Counted from the first letter of the stretch, positions 1-13,147 are shown. The stretch is 64,000 nucleotides of DNA from Centroscyllium fabricii (GCA_051313645.2 JBNRSN020000005.1:312728001-312792000), one strand, 5' to 3'. The notes: a model not told the origin generated them from the letters alone. Program-made: numbers and translations.

Positions 1-79
1 CCCCCTTCATGTTTTAAATGTATGAAAGCAAGTCATGTTTTTATTGTGACTCTGGCAATGCTTTCAACTTTGAGAGACA

Positions 80-477
80 TAGAAACATAGAAACTAGGAG
101 CAGGAGTAGGCCATTCGGCCCTTCGAGCCTGCTCCGCCATTCAATGAGATCATGGCTGATCATCCAAACCCAGCACCCCGCCCCTGACCTCTCCCCATAT
201 CCCTCGATCCCTTATCGAGCCTCCATCGACACATATCCCACCCTATCCCCGTAACCCCACATATTCAAACCCCCTAACACTAAGGGTCAATTCATCATGG
301 CCAATCAACCTAACCCGCACATCTTTGGACTGTGGGAGGAAACCGGAGCACCCGGAGGAAACCCACGCAGACACGGGGAGAATGTGCAAACTCCACACAG
401 ATAGTACCCGAGGCTGGATTTGAACCCGGGTCTCCAGTGCTGTGAGACAACAGTGCTAACCGCTGCGCCACCATGCC
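80..477 (-). mobile_element. tRNA-derived SINE (HE1/V-SINE-like) with CR1-derived 3' tail
   Basis: Minus-strand head GGCATGGTGGCGCAGCGG (A box) ... GGTTCAAATCC (B box). The 3' end matches the CR1 3' ends in this window and finishes in TTTCTATG repeats. Flanked by GAGACA at 74-79 and 478-483. Confidence 0.9.
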
Positions 478-1094
478 GAGACAGTAACTATTTAAGGGGA
501 ACTGGTAATCCAGATACTGGTACTGATAGACTACAATGTGGGGGCAGCACACCCAGTTATACTGTCAGTACTGTCATTGCTGTTAGATTGCGGCAATGGA
601 GCTCGCTGCACGTGCCCTTGCACTCACACGCAGAGCTGTGCTCATCAGCTTCCAAATGCCAGTTGAATGCTAAATCGAGGTGAGAACTGGTGCCAAGGTG
701 AGAGCAGCCGCCAAGAATATGTGAGATCTCTTTGGAGCAGAGCCTGGGGTAGTAGTGATTGAGAACAGGTCGAAGGCTTAATGGAAGGCAGCAGAGAAGC
801 AGAAGAGAAGCCAAACGTGAGAGCAGATGGAAAGCTGTAAAAATATTGGCTAGAGAAACATGATTGCACTTGCATGTGCTGCTGAGGATGAGAAAAAAAA
901 CAACATAAAGGTGTACTGATTTCTCAGGTTTTCCATTCATGGAAATATGGAAAACATTGAAAAGCAATAAGGATCAAGTCTATAAAAGTAGAGCAGAATA
1001 CTGCTCTAAGGTCTATGAAAGAGGGTGGGGGTAACGGATGGTTCACCACCCGCTTTGGCTCCCGCACCCAACAATTCCACCCTGAGTTAAAATC

Positions 1095-1545
1095 GGGGCA
1101 GGTGGATTTAGTAACCCAATGGCATACTCTACAGTAGTTCAATGGTAGCATAGATCTCATGGTATTTGCACTCTGCTGCTATGTGGTAGCTTCTAATTGG
1201 GATCATCAATCATGGCTGTAAAGGGTAGCCCTGGTCTCCCAATAGCCATCTGTTCATGATTTTCGGGGCCATCAAATGATGCAGATAAGGTGGAATGAAT
1301 CGAAATGATAGCATCACGGCTGCTCACTGAATAAAGGGCATCAACGTGCAAGATCACATTTCTGCGGTCTGAATCCCACACCTACACATTTATGGAGTGG
1401 TACCCTTCCTGTTGATATGTGCATTGGGGTTGGGATGCCTGCCAGAAAGTAAAAGTTCTGTGCCTTCTCCAGTTGGTAATTTTGTTCCACTAGATCATTG
1501 ATAAAGGTATATCTCCCGGCAAACCTGACTTCAATCACTTGTCAA
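1095..1545 (-). pseudogene. Degenerate PIF/Harbinger transposase relic
   Basis: Manual translation across frameshifts gives FYFLAGIP ... WLLGDQGYPLQP*LMIPIRSYHIAAECKYHEIYAT ... TTVEYAIGLL. This aligns with FARLAGFP ... [16 protein letters not shown] ... [11 protein letters not shown] of the transposase at 37852-38583. Confidence 0.8.
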
Positions 1546-1713
1546 TAAACTCCGGTACCTGCACGCCTGATAATGTACTTTACTGTATGCAATTTGCATT
1601 AAATTTATTTGCACTACTCTCGGGAGCGTCGAGTCTTCGTCTCGTTGTATTGTACTAGTACTCTGCAATGACAATAAAACTTGAATTGAATTGAATTGAA
1701 TTGAATTGAATTG
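1546..1713 (+). mobile_element. 3' end of a Rex1/Babar-like LINE with (TTGAA)n tail
   Basis: AATGACAATAAAA followed by about 6 TTGAA repeats, a terminus style typical of Rex-Babar elements. Confidence 0.55.
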
Positions 1714-2077
1714 TCTTATTTATACAGGAATAAACTGCAGACTGACTTATTTGGCAGATTGCCATGCTTCATTTTTGAAGTTTCTTTGCTCTTTTTTAGT
1801 GTATTTAATTTTGGCTTCTATGTCCCAGACTACTGTCATAGACAAGTCTTAGCTCCCTGTGTCCCAGAGAGTGTTTCCACTTGACTAAATATCTGGGTGA
1901 ATTTGTAACATGACCAGGGATTAAGCAGAGAACCCTCTTCAGTTTATTTCAGCTACTGGTTTTCCATGTGCGGTCATATGATCGTCCTTGTCTTTGGAAA
2001 GCAGTAAAATAACACTACACTAGAATTTTATTTAGGTATTAAATTCCAAGCACTAAAAGAACAAGGGAATAGACAGA

Positions 2078-2910
2078 AAGATCTTGCATACATATAGCGT
2101 CTTTGACAACCTCAGAATGCCCCAAAGCATTTTACAGCCAATCAAGTACTTTTTTGCAGTGCATTTTGTAATGTAGGAAATGCGGCAGCCAATTTGCGCA
2201 CAGCAAGATCCCACAAGCAACAATGTGAGAATGGCCAGATAATCTGTTTTTAGGTTGGGTGGCACGGTGGCACAGCGGTTAGCACTGTTGCCTCACAGCT
2301 CTGGAGACCCGGGTTCAAATCCGGCCTCGGGTACGATCTGTGTGGAGTTTGCACATTCTTCCCGTGTCTGCGTGGGTTTCCTCCGGGTGCTCCGGTTTCG
2401 TCCCACAGTCCAAAGATGTGTGGGTTAGGTTGATTGGCCATGGTAAATTGACCCTTAGTGTTAGGGTGATTGAATATGTGGGGTTACGGGGATAGGGTGG
2501 GATATGTGTCGGTGCAGGCTCGATAGGGATCGAGGGATATGGGGAGAGGGCAGGGGCGGGGTGCTGGGTTTGGATGATCAGCCATGATCTCATTGAATGG
2601 CGGAGCAGGCTCGAAGGGCCGAATGGCCTACTCCTGCTCCTAGTTTCTATGTTTCTAGGTGTTGATTGAGGGATAAATATTGGCCAGGACATAGTGGAAA
2701 TAGTGCCATGGGATCCTTTACGTCCACCTGAGGGCAGACGGGGCCTTGGTCTAATGTATCATGAGAAAGACGGCACCTCCACCAGTGCAGCACTCCCTCG
2801 GTACTGCACTGGCTTGTCAGCCTAAATTATGTGCTCAGGTCTCTGGAGTGGGACTTGAACTCGCAGCCCTCTGAGTCAGAGGCAAGTGTGCTACCCGCTG
2901 AGCCACGGCA
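2078..2910 (-). mobile_element. DeuSINE-like (SacSINE1/AmnSINE1-related) SINE, split by a younger SINE
   Basis: tRNA-like head (GTGGCTCAGCGGG ... GTTCAAGTCCC), central GGACGTAAAGGATCCCATGGCACTATT segment, and an L2-like tail ending TATATGTATGCAAG. Confidence 0.75.
2256..2655 (+). mobile_element. HE1-like tRNA SINE nested in the DeuSINE-like element
   Basis: A/B boxes GTGGCACAGCGG and GGTTCAAATCC; reverse complement of the 80-477 copy. Confidence 0.9.
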
Positions 2911-3907
2911 GACACTTTACAGTAACGGTAACGGAACATATATTTTTAACAGTTAAGCTTAGCTCATGCAGTAGAGAATACATAATTTGCATCTGCTGTG
3001 CTAAACTATTGTAAGTAATATTCTTATGTAACAGTTCTTTCCTCACCACCTACGTTGGTCGCGCCTCCACAGGTAGCTGGTCCAGGTGAAGAGATCAATG
3101 TTGGGCCATCTGCCTCATGGCAGCGGCCCTCAAACAAGGGGATTGGAGCGGGCTAAGGGGGAGGGGCGCAATCGCGACTCCTGTAGAGTCAAAGGAGCAC
3201 TCCTGCTGCTCCTGGCTCCACAGAAACAGTTTCCTCATGAAAAAGAATGAACTTACCTTTCCTTGGAGGCCACGGGACCGGTGAAGAAGCCTATGTGGGG
3301 TAGGCCCCACTCATTACCGACTAATTTCCAGATGGAGTTCCGTCAGCTGGCGTCAGGCCCCTAATGTACTTATTAAAAGGGCCTAACGTCTGTTTTAGGG
3401 TTCCACTCGAGACGTCTAAAAAAAGGGCCCCATAAATTTAACAGTGGGATTAATGACTGTGCAGATTGGGCGTAAGCTGCCCCACTGCTAAATTGGTATG
3501 CTTTGCGCCTGTTTTGCGCCCGAAATGTGGGCACAACGCATTACAATTTCTACCCCACTATATAGTAAAAGGCAGATTAGTAAATACTTTCAACAAAAAA
3601 AAATCAGACGGAGCAAAACTAAATCATTGTTAATTTTTTTTGAAACCTACCAACCACATATTTCATAAGGTGTCGGTATTTAAATTGAACGGCTTGGCTA
3701 TGCACTCAGATACTTGTCTTCAGGCAAACAGTGTATTGCTGCATTGTATCAAGTTAAGATGGATTATGATTTCTGTGAGTGCAGCTGGTTTTTAACCTTG
3801 ACAGAACTGAACAAGTCAACTCCCAGCTCAATCTTAGCAAATTTACATCATTTTTGTCACAGCCGCTTGGCTTGCAGTGGCCTGGAAGGAACATGTTGGA
3901 TAGAAGC

Positions 3908-4960
3908 TTACATAGATACATAGATACATAGATGATAGGAGCAAGAGTAGGCCATTCGGCCCTTCGAGCCTGCTCCGCCATTCATTGAGATCATGGCTGA
4001 TCCTTCAGTTCAGTATCCCGTCCCTGCCTTCTCTCCGTAACCTTTAACCCCTTTTGCCTGCAGAAATATATCTAATTCCCTCTTAAATATATTTAATGAG
4101 CTGGCGTCCACTGCCCTCTGTGGCAGTGAGTTCCACAGGTTCACCACTCTCTGGGTGAAGAAATTCCTCCTCATCTCTGTCCTAAATGGTTTAGCCCTTA
4201 TCCTTAAACTGTGTCCCCTAGTTCTGTACTCTCCTGCCATCGGAAACATTCCTTCTGCATCTAGTCTGTCCAGGCCTGTCAGAATTTTATATGTTTCTAT
4301 GAGATCCCCTCTCAATCTTCTAAACTCCAGTGTGTACATCCCCAAACTACATAGTCTCTCCTCATAGGTCATTCCTGCCATTCCTGGTATCAGCCTGGTG
4401 AATCGCCGCTGCACTCCTTCCATGGCAAGAACATCCTTCCTCAGATGAGGCGACCAAAACTGCACACAGTACTCGAGGTGTGGTCTCACCAGTGCCCTGT
4501 ACAGCTGTAGTAAGGTGTCCTTGTTCCTGTATTCTAACCCTTTTGATATGAAGGCCAGCATACCATTTGCCTTCCTGACCGCCTGTTGCACCTGCATGCT
4601 CGCCTTCAATGACTGGTGCACAAGAACACCCAGGTCTCTCTGTACTTCCCCATCTCCCAATCTATTGCCATTTAAATAATAATTTGCCCTCCCGTTTTTG
4701 CCCCCAAGGTGGATAACTTCACACTTATCCACATTATAGTGCATTTGCCATGTATCTGCCCAGTCCCCCAATTTGTCCAAATCGCTCTGGAGCTTCCTGA
4801 TCTCTTCTTCTGAGCCTACCCCCCCTCCTAGTTTAGTGTCGTCTGCGAATTTGGAGATGCTGCATCCGATTCCCTGATCTAGGTCATTAATATAAATTGT
4901 GAACAGCTGGGGACCCAGGACAGATCCCTGAGGTATCCCACTTGTTACTGCCTGCCATTC
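3908..4960 (-). mobile_element. CR1 LINE, 5'-truncated (RT C-terminus and 3' UTR)
   Basis: ORF 4010-4780 with LYRALVRPHLEYCVQFWSP; FADDTKLGG just upstream; octamer tail (TATCTATG)n. Confidence 0.95.
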
Positions 4961-5155
4961 AGAAGCTTAATGTCATAGTGACTTTCACAGCTATGGAAAG
5001 AGCTGTTCCAGTGCTTGAAGTTGGTGGTAAATCAGCCTGTAGCGGCTGGCATAGTCTGCCCTCTCAAGTGGACGTAAAAAATCTCAGGGCATTATTCGAA
5101 GCACAGGGGAGTTTCCCAGTGTCTTGGCCAACATTTATCCCTCAACCAACACTTA

Positions 5156-7085
5156 AAATAGATAACAACAGAGAATGCTGGAAACACTCAGCAGGTCAGA
5201 CAGCATCCGTGGAGAGAGAAACAGAGTTAAGGGGGTGGATTTTCGGAGGTCCCTGAGTGCAGGTTTCTGGCGGGGCTGGGAATAAAATTGCAATTCCGGT
5301 GGGCGGGAAGGCACCCTGCCGGATCCCCGCCCATTTGGGATTTTCGTCGGGCGGGTTTTGCTGCCCCGCATGTTTCCCGCCCGCCACCAGCGGGGATACA
5401 GATTGAGGTCATTGAGGGCCCTTAATTGGATGGCTAATCCTATTTTAAGGGCCCTCAGCTATTTTGACCCTCTTCCCACCCAAAACCCGCCTGGTGAAAA
5501 CCCCGCCATAAAAAAGGTGGTGGGAACCCAGGTGGCTGGGCGTCTACCACCTTCAAGGCATGGGCACAGCACCCACACAGCAGCTTGCTAGCCTCCACCA
5601 TGCTGGAGGTGCAGCTGCCACCCAAGGGTGAGAAACTTCAGAGCCCCAAAACATAGAAATCACTCACCTTCAAATCGCTCCTGTTCAGAGATCGGCGTGC
5701 TGCGCTGTGTCTGTGAGCCCAGCTGTCAATCACCCAGGGGATCAGTTTCTGTTTACATTCCATTGAAACCACAAACAAACAGTGACTCACTTCAACTGTT
5801 TGATTTGTGGTCTCAGTGTTCCTTTCATAGTCTGACTCTCAGAGGCTATGTAAACATAGAAACAAAGGCAACACTTCAGATCTGTCAATCAGGTTTAGTG
5901 AGTTCTTACTATTCAGGCCTGTCAATCAACAGCCCGCCCCACTCAAACTGTGAATGAAAAGGACTGAGTTGCCGTCCATTGGTGTGTACTGGAAGCCCGA
6001 CAGACCGGCGGCGATTTAATTGGCCACTTGAGCCAAAATTGTTCGGGCCTCCCAGGTCCTTGGGCGGGCGGGCGGGACAGAAAGCTGACCCGCCCACAAC
6101 CCAACAGCTTCCCACAGCTTTTTAAAAATTCCCCCTAACGTTTCAGGTCTGTGATCCTTTGTCAGAACTGGAAAAAGTTAGAGATATAACAGATTATAAG
6201 CAGGTGCAGAGGCAGGGAAAGGGTGGAGGGGAAGAAAGTACAAAAGGGACAGTCATGATAGGGTGGAAGGTAGGAGGGATCAAATGTTGCAAATGGGGAT
6301 GGCAGAATCACCAACAGCTGCTGTCTGAAAAAATAGGGGCAGAGGTTATAGTCTGAAATTGTTGAACTCAATGTTGAGTCCAGAAGGCTGTAAAGTGCCT
6401 AATAGAAAGATGAGGTGCTGTTCCTCGAGCTTATGTTGAGCTCCATTGGAACAGTGTAAGAGGCCGAGGACAGAGAGGTCAGAGAGGGAGTGGAGGAGAG
6501 AATTAAAGTGACAGGCGACCTGAAGCTCGGGGTCACCCTTACGGACTGAAAGGAGGTGTTCCGCAAAGCGGTCACCCAATCTGCGTTTGGTCTCCCCAAT
6601 GTAGAGGAGAACAGCGAATACAGTATGCTAAATTGCAAGAAATACAAGTAAATCGCTGTTTCACCTGGAAGGAGTGTTTGGGGCCCCGGAGAGTGGGAAG
6701 GGAGGAGGTAAAAGGGCAGGTATTGCATCTCTTGCGCTTGCACGGGAAGGTGCCGTGGGGAGGGGAGGGGCTGTTGGGGGTGATTGAGGAGTGGACCAGG
6801 GTGTCGCGAAGGGAGCGGCCCCTTCTGAATGCTGAAAGGGGAAGTGAGGGGAAGATGCATTTGGTGGTGGGATCATGCTGGAGGTGGCGGATGGTCCATT
6901 GAACGTAGAGGCTGGTAGGTGGAAATGTGAGGACATGGGGAATCCTATTGTGGTCCTGGGAGGAAGGAGAAGGGGTGAGCGCAGAAATGCGGGAAATGGA
7001 ACGGACACGGTCGAGGGCCGTGTGAACCATGGTGGAGGGGAATCCTCGGTTGAAGAAGAAGGAAGGCACATCAGAAGCAGATTAT
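5156..7085 (-). mobile_element. Penelope-like element 3' fragment (GIY-YIG region), interrupted by a MITE
   Basis: ORFs 6572-7069 and 6346-6579: GTFPCKRKRCNTCP, FTCISCNLAYCIRC, GDRFAEH, LQPSGLNIEF. Hammerhead-like motif at about 6136-6168. Confidence 0.9.
5231..6135 (+). mobile_element. Harbinger-type MITE, family C copy 1
   Basis: TAA target duplication; termini GGGGGTGGATTTT and AAAATTCCCCC; further copies at 23813-24712 and 53693-54608. Confidence 0.85.
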
Positions 7086-7377
7086 AACCTAAAATATTAT
7101 CTGCTCATTTACTTCATTACTGTTTGTGAAATCTTGCTGTGCGCAAATCGAATGCGGCCTTTCCTACCTTACAGTGGTGACTACACTTCAAAAGTACTTC
7201 ATTGGCTGTGAAGCTTTTTGGGACATCCTGAGGACGTGAAAGGTGCTATATAAATGCAAGTCTTCCTTTTTCTTTATTCCTGTTTCCTTGTAATGTGACT
7301 ATTTTCTATGGGCAAGGTGCAAGGCCTTTTGTCCAAAGTCATGACATTCAGCATAGGACCTTGTTTTCATAAATATA

Positions 7378-8136
7378 GGGGGAAATATTCAGTTGCTTTG
7401 CACCTCCTGTTAGTGCCCTAAGAGGACTAGCGCCCGGGCACGGTGCCGCCAACACCCTCTGTGAAATTCACCAGGAGGTTAGCGGCAGTGGTAACCGTTA
7501 GTGCCCCGTGGCGCTGTGCCGCCTGCGATGAGGTCATCGCCGTGCGCAGCGCCCCGCTCGCGCCCCGGCCACGATCTTCGGTAGCACCCCTTGACTTACC
7601 GCCAGACGCTATGTCCGACGGGGTCAGGGGTCCTATCTGCGGCCGGGGAAGCGCTACTTAAAGCATAGGTGCCGGGCAGCCATTTTTGTTGTTGGTCGCC
7701 TGCCAGCATCTGCCCCCGCTGCCGTCGCCGGCCTCCTGACCACCGCCCCCCCCCCCACGCGGTGTGCTGGTTGCACTCCGTGAGCCCTGCACTTCTCTTG
7801 AGTACCGGGCTCTTTTGCCGGCTCGCCGATCCCCAGTGGTCCAGCTGAGTCCTGGGTCATGCTGGGCAAGGCCACCCCCCTTTAATAACGGGAGGAAGGC
7901 CTGTAATACTGCGGCGCGATGTGCCACAGCACAAAGCGCTGCAGCACGTAACGTCGCGATATTCCCTTGCAGCGCCCCAAGAGGGAGGTGGGGGCGCTTT
8001 CAGTAGTGCCCCACTTCCCTCTTGGGGTGCTACAACTCAATTCTGGTTGTGGAGGTGCTAATTTTTCTGGGGCGTTAAAAGTAGCACCCTGGCGAAGTTA
8101 GCGCCCCAAAGGGGGCACGACTCCATTTTTTCCCCC
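7378..8136. mobile_element. Harbinger-type GC-rich MITE, family A
   Basis: GGGGGAAA ... TTTCCCCC termini with ATA duplicated; homologous to 10117-10851, 34551-35108 and 43981-44926. Confidence 0.8.
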
Positions 8137-8374
8137 ATACTATTTAAATAAGGTCGGTTCACACCTATAGCACATTCTCATTCAGACTCCCCAAAATCTC
8201 ACATTATAAAATTGAGCGTGCCACATGTCAGTGACTGATGAGGCTCTGCATCACTGACAAAGCCTCAAATGTTCAGAGCTTAGGTCTCAGTTTCATCAAG
8301 TTGCTTCCAACCAGTCAGAAATATCACAAGGAGTTACTGGCTTCTACAATTGATTTTCTATTGAATAATACCTA

Positions 8375-8478
8375 TTAAAGAAGGCAGCTCACCACCACCT
8401 TCTCAAGGGCAACTAGGGATGGACAATAAATGCTGGCTTTGCCAGTGACACCCACATCCCACGAATGAATAAAAAAAC
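8375..8478 (+). mobile_element. 3' tail of a CR1-group LINE (second family)
   Basis: CTCACCACCACCTTCTCAAGGGCAACTAGGGATGG ... GAATGAATAAAA, same terminus as 26870-26970. Confidence 0.7.
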
Positions 8479-9125
8479 ATATAACACTTATACTTATAAA
8501 TATATCCAAACTTGGAACAATTCTACACCATTACATCAGGGCAAAATACCATAACGTCGATGCCCTGATTTTTATTAACATCATTAATAAGACCGTTATT
8601 GACAGCTATTAATTATGCTCTGACTGAGACCTCAAACAGCAATATCAAAAGAAATGTGAGCAGTTTGTAGAGAAAGGAAGCATGCTCTTACTGGAGATAT
8701 TGAAGGGCTAAGTGGGGTGATACCGGGGTCTCCCAGGCTTTTAGCTGGCGATGAGTAAGTTGAAGAGACATTTTCTGTAGGGAGAAATAAGCATCATTAG
8801 GCCATGGTTTAATCTTTCAAAAAAACTGCAAAGAGAATACAGTAAACAAAATTGGAAGTAAATTATTCTGATTTACTTATTGACATCTGAGAAATAATCA
8901 GTTTTTATTAGATTTATAAGTTCAAATTTTAAGGGGAAAAAACACTGTAAATGCTGTTTGGATAAAGGCTCTGCAACTAAAATGCTAACTTCTCTTTTCT
9001 CTTTATAGATGCTGAAGGACCTGCTGTGTATTTCCATCATTTTATCTTTTTATTTCAGTTTTATATGCTATTTGAACGATGTTCTAAGTCTTCTGAATTT
9101 TGAACTTGGATTCAGATTCGGTTCT

Positions 9126-9528
9126 AGAAACATAGATAGAAGATAGGAGCAGGAGTAGGCCATTCGGCCCTTCGAGCCTGCTCCGCCATTCAATGAGATC
9201 ATGGCTGATCATCCAAACCCGGTACCCTGTCCCTGCCCTCTCCCCATATCCCTCGATCCCTATCGAGCCTGCACTGACACATATCCCACCCTATCCCCGT
9301 AACCCCACATATTCAATACCCCTAACACTAAGGGTCAATTTATCCTGGCCAATCAACCTAACCCGCACATCTTTGGACTGTGGTAGGAAACCGGAGCACC
9401 CGGAGGAAACCCACGCAGACACGGGGAGAATGTGCAAACTCCACACAGATAGTCACCCGAGACTTGATTTGAACCCGGGTCTCCAGTGCTGTGAGACAAC
9501 AATGCTAACCACTGTGCCACCGTGCCGC
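9126..9528 (-). mobile_element. HE1-like tRNA SINE
   Basis: Full-length homolog of 80-477. Confidence 0.9.
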
Positions 9529-10116
9529 CTGAGACCTGAATCTGAAATTGAATTCAGTTTTTTTTACAGTGGAAAACATTTGTTCTGACAAGCAGGTTCG
9601 CAGAGTGACAGTCACAGCAGTGTCGCTGTGCTTGCCTGCAATGAGCAGAGATGCTGCTAAAAGTGACCAGGGTACAATCATTCAAATGGGCCAATTGTGG
9701 AAAAGAAAATCAGGAGAGATGAAGAACTGAATCGATATCACCCGTTTTACACTAACATCCAAATTCAAAATTACCCCCCAATAAGTATTCAAAAATCTGA
9801 CTCAGAACTGCTCATAACAAGGCAGCGAAGAGCCCAGGATCGCTGATTTCTTAGTGATCCAGTAAGTTTTATGACTTTTTATGGTATTGTTAGGGGCGCA
9901 TAGACCAGTGCCCAAGTGGATAGCCACAAACACTTGAAAATGCTGCCCTCCTGGTTTTTCCATGTTGTGTGCTGCTATTCCTATGTTCTTATGTTCTTAT
10001 TCCAGCCATGGGCTGTTAGAGGCCCAATAAAAATGGAGGCCCATGTTTGTACGCTGCCTTCAGCTGCAGCTCTCAAGCACTAAGAACATTTTAACTGAGG
10101 GCATAGTTGGAGTCAA

Positions 10117-10851
10117 GGGGCTAGAAATTCGGTGGCTTGCACCTGCCGTTAGCGCCCTAAGAGGGCGCAAGGCACTTAGCGCCTGGGCTGCCGCCTCCCG
10201 CGATATTCAGAGGGGTGCTGACGTGGGTGGTAGCGCCCCACTGAATATTACACACTGTTCGCCGCCGGGAATGACGTCATAAGTGCGCCACTCTCGTGCC
10301 AGGGATTGAAATTGGGTAGCGCCCACTGAATTTCCGGCGGGCACTGCCCGCGATTGCTTCATCCTGTCCCTACTGCAGCAGGGGAGCGCTGCTTAAAGGG
10401 GAGGGTGCCGGGTGGCCATTTTTGTTGCTGGCCGACTGCCAGCACCTTCCCCCTCTGCCGCGCCCGGCCTCCCCCGCTGCCACCCCTGCGGTGTGCTGCC
10501 CCTGCTCACTGAGCCCGGCACTTCCCTCGAGTGCCGGGCTCCTTCGGCGTCATGTTGTCCCCACGGGGCTCCGGTCGAAACCGCGCTAGGCCCCTCCTCT
10601 TTAATCGGGGAGGAAGGCCTGCAGTACCGTGGCACGGCACTCTGTATTGCGTGCCGCAGCGACCCACAGCGCCCGGAATTTCGGCTGCAGTGCCTAAAGA
10701 ACGAGGTCGGGCGCCTGTTTTAGCGCCCGACCTCCTACTATGGGGGCTACAACCGAATTTCAGTGCTAACGGCGCCAGCGGTCGGCAGGCGCTAAAAGTA
10801 GCGCGGCGCCGAGGTTACCGTGAGAAAACGTGCGAGACCCAATTTATCCCC
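10117..10851. mobile_element. Harbinger-type MITE, family A
   Basis: CAA duplicated at 10114-10116 and 10852-10854; termini GGGGCTAGAAATT and AATTTATCCCC. Confidence 0.8.
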
Positions 10852-11979
10852 CAAGGAGTTTGTATCCTTTCTATTGACAACTGCTGGCAACAGTGGCAGA
10901 GTACAGCATGGATACTGCCGACAACATATTGTGATGGTAAAACCACCTTTGCACATCCTTTTCCAGTGTGTGAATTTAGCAACAATGAAAGTAAATTGCC
11001 CAAAAGTAAAAAGAAAATCTACTCTTCAACCTCATCAGAGTTGTTAGTTTAGTGAGCGGGCCCAGTGCTATAAACTGTGACTAATGTATAAGCAGGAGCA
11101 AATGCTTCCTGCATGGGGATCCCTGTTTCATTTTGATGTCTTTGAAGCTGGAGAAATATGATCGTATACTTCCTGTCAGCTTCCTCTCGACTGAGGCCTC
11201 CACAAGCACAGTGTTTCGGAATGAAAAGCAGAGATTTTTCTGATAAGCTTTTTGAACATTTCAAGATGTATCATTCAGTTGTATAAATTTACAGCCATCT
11301 GAAGCAATTATATTGTTCTGTTAGTAACAAAGGAACCATCTGTAGCTGCCAGTTTCCAAAGCAGAACAGACTGCAAACGCTTACTTTCCAAAGCATACTT
11401 CCCAAAAGAAAATTGATAGTGTCACAGTCTACACAGAGCATTCGCCCCCCGCCCCCCGCCCCCCCACAATGCCTCTTTGTACTTGTGAAAATTGTGAATC
11501 CCAATTTTAAAAAAAATTAGAATTGGTTACAAAGAAATTGAGGTTTTTGTTTGTAAAAGCTAAGCTTATAAAATAAGTAGAATGATTGCTGTCTGATGAC
11601 CGTGCTGCAAAACGCCCATGTGTAGATGTTGGGCATGTTCTCAGCTGTGAAGCTTTCTCTAGCCAAATAGTCTACCGCCAGTGACAGTAAAGGAACACGT
11701 ACGAAGAATGAGGTCCTGGGGAGGTAACGGAGGATGGCGGCTTCTGTAGCACTGGAGCCAGAGCGCCCTCAGACGGGTGACAGGGAGAAAAATCAAGAAA
11801 AAAGGTCCTTTGAAAAAGCAGAAGCTCTCTGGTATTGATTGTTCCATGAGATAAAAGATCAGCCTGCTTGCTAACAAAGAGCTGGCGGTGTAGTGGTGCA
11901 GTGCACTATTGTTAGCATAAATTACAATATTTTGACTAAATGTCATTTGGATGCACTGCCTGGAATCAGCTCCAAATTG

Positions 11980-12393
11980 TAGAAACATAGAAGAAACATA
12001 GAAGATAGGAGCAGGAGTCGGCCATTCGGCCCCTCGAGCCTGCTCCGCCATTCAATGAGATCATGGCTGATCATCCAAACCCAGCACCCTGTCCCTGCCT
12101 TGTCCCCACATCCCTCGATCCCTATCGAGCCTGCACCGACACATATCCCAGCCTATCCCCGTAACCCCACATATTTAATCCCCCCTAACACTAAGGGTCA
12201 ATTTATCATGGCCAATCAACCTAACCCGCACATCTTTGGACTGTGGGAGGAAACCGGAACACCCGGAGGAAACCCACGCAGACACGGGGAGAATGTGCAA
12301 ACTCCACACAGACAGTCACCCGAGGCCAGATTTGGACCCGGGTCTCCAGTGCTGTGAGACAACAGTGCTAACCACTATGCTACCGTGCCGCCC
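11980..12393 (-). mobile_element. HE1-like tRNA SINE
   Basis: Full-length homolog of 80-477; TAGAAA at both ends. Confidence 0.9.
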
Positions 12394-12477
12394 TTAGAAA
12401 TGTATGTCAACATATATAACAAATAATTACAGTAAAAACTATTTTTTTTAAATCGCATACAGAAATGAGTTCTACTA

Positions 12478-13147
12478 CAGGTTGTGCACCGAAAATCCGT
12501 GTCCCGAAAAGCCGGCAGCTTCAGTCTGCCGGCACAAATTGGCCCGACTGCACTGCGCATGTGCAAGATGGCAGCCGCCATCGTGGCTTCGGCGAATGAT
12601 CTGCGCATGCGCCGAGCGCATGCGCAGATCATTCAAAACGGCTGCCGGGTGTTTTGAATGATCTGCGCATGCGTTGCCGGACGTCTAGCGCATGCGCAGA
12701 TAATTCAATACGGCCGCCGGTTATTTTCTCGACAGCTGAGCCCCGTGACTGAGGCGGACAGTCACTAGGCAACAGCTGTCAGCCTGAGTCCGGCTCGGCA
12801 GCAGCAGCAACCCGAAAGGCGATGGAGAGGGAAGGCGGACCTACTGGGCCCGACCCGCGCCCGCACAACCCTCCTTCCCCCCCTGCAAGACCGGCCTTTC
12901 ACTGCTGCCCGACAGCCCTAAAAGGCAAACGGAACGCCACACAAGCCTGAGCCCCTCAAAAACCTTCGCGGCGGCCATTATTGGTTGATCTGCGCATGCG
13001 CGCGCCAGCCAATCCCAATATTGTGCGCATGCGCGCGGCCATTTTGAATGGTGCGCATGCGCAGTGTCCAACTTCGTTCTCCCGGTTTTTTCAGTTTCCC
13101 GGCACGGGCCTGGTCCCGCCCGTGGCGGATTAATGGTGCACAACCTG
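12478..13147. mobile_element. Tc1/mariner (pogo/Tigger-like) MITE
   Basis: TA target duplication; TIR CAGGTTGTGCACC / GGTGCACAACCTG; no coding capacity. Confidence 0.85.

Larger units (their letters stand above)
4965..7270 (+). mobile_element. DeuSINE-like SINE split by a Penelope insertion (pieces about 4965-5155 and 7090-7270)
   Basis: The left piece (GGACGTAAAAAATC ... ATTTATCCCTCAACCAACAC) continues into the right piece (ATTATCTGCTCATT ... TATATAAATGCAAGTC), colinear with the 2078-2910 copy. Confidence 0.75.

Noticed and set aside
410-477. SINE heads as tRNA genes
   Set aside because: A and B boxes are present, but each runs into SINE body and LINE tail rather than a complete tRNA.
924-1538. 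Minus-strand ORFs as a host or viral gene
   Set aside because: Explained by a frameshifted Harbinger transposase relic.
2315-2692. Recurring ORFs such as MRSWLIIQTQHP... (also 9193, 12055, 33041, 55147)
   Set aside because: Antisense translations of SINE and CR1 tails, not genes.
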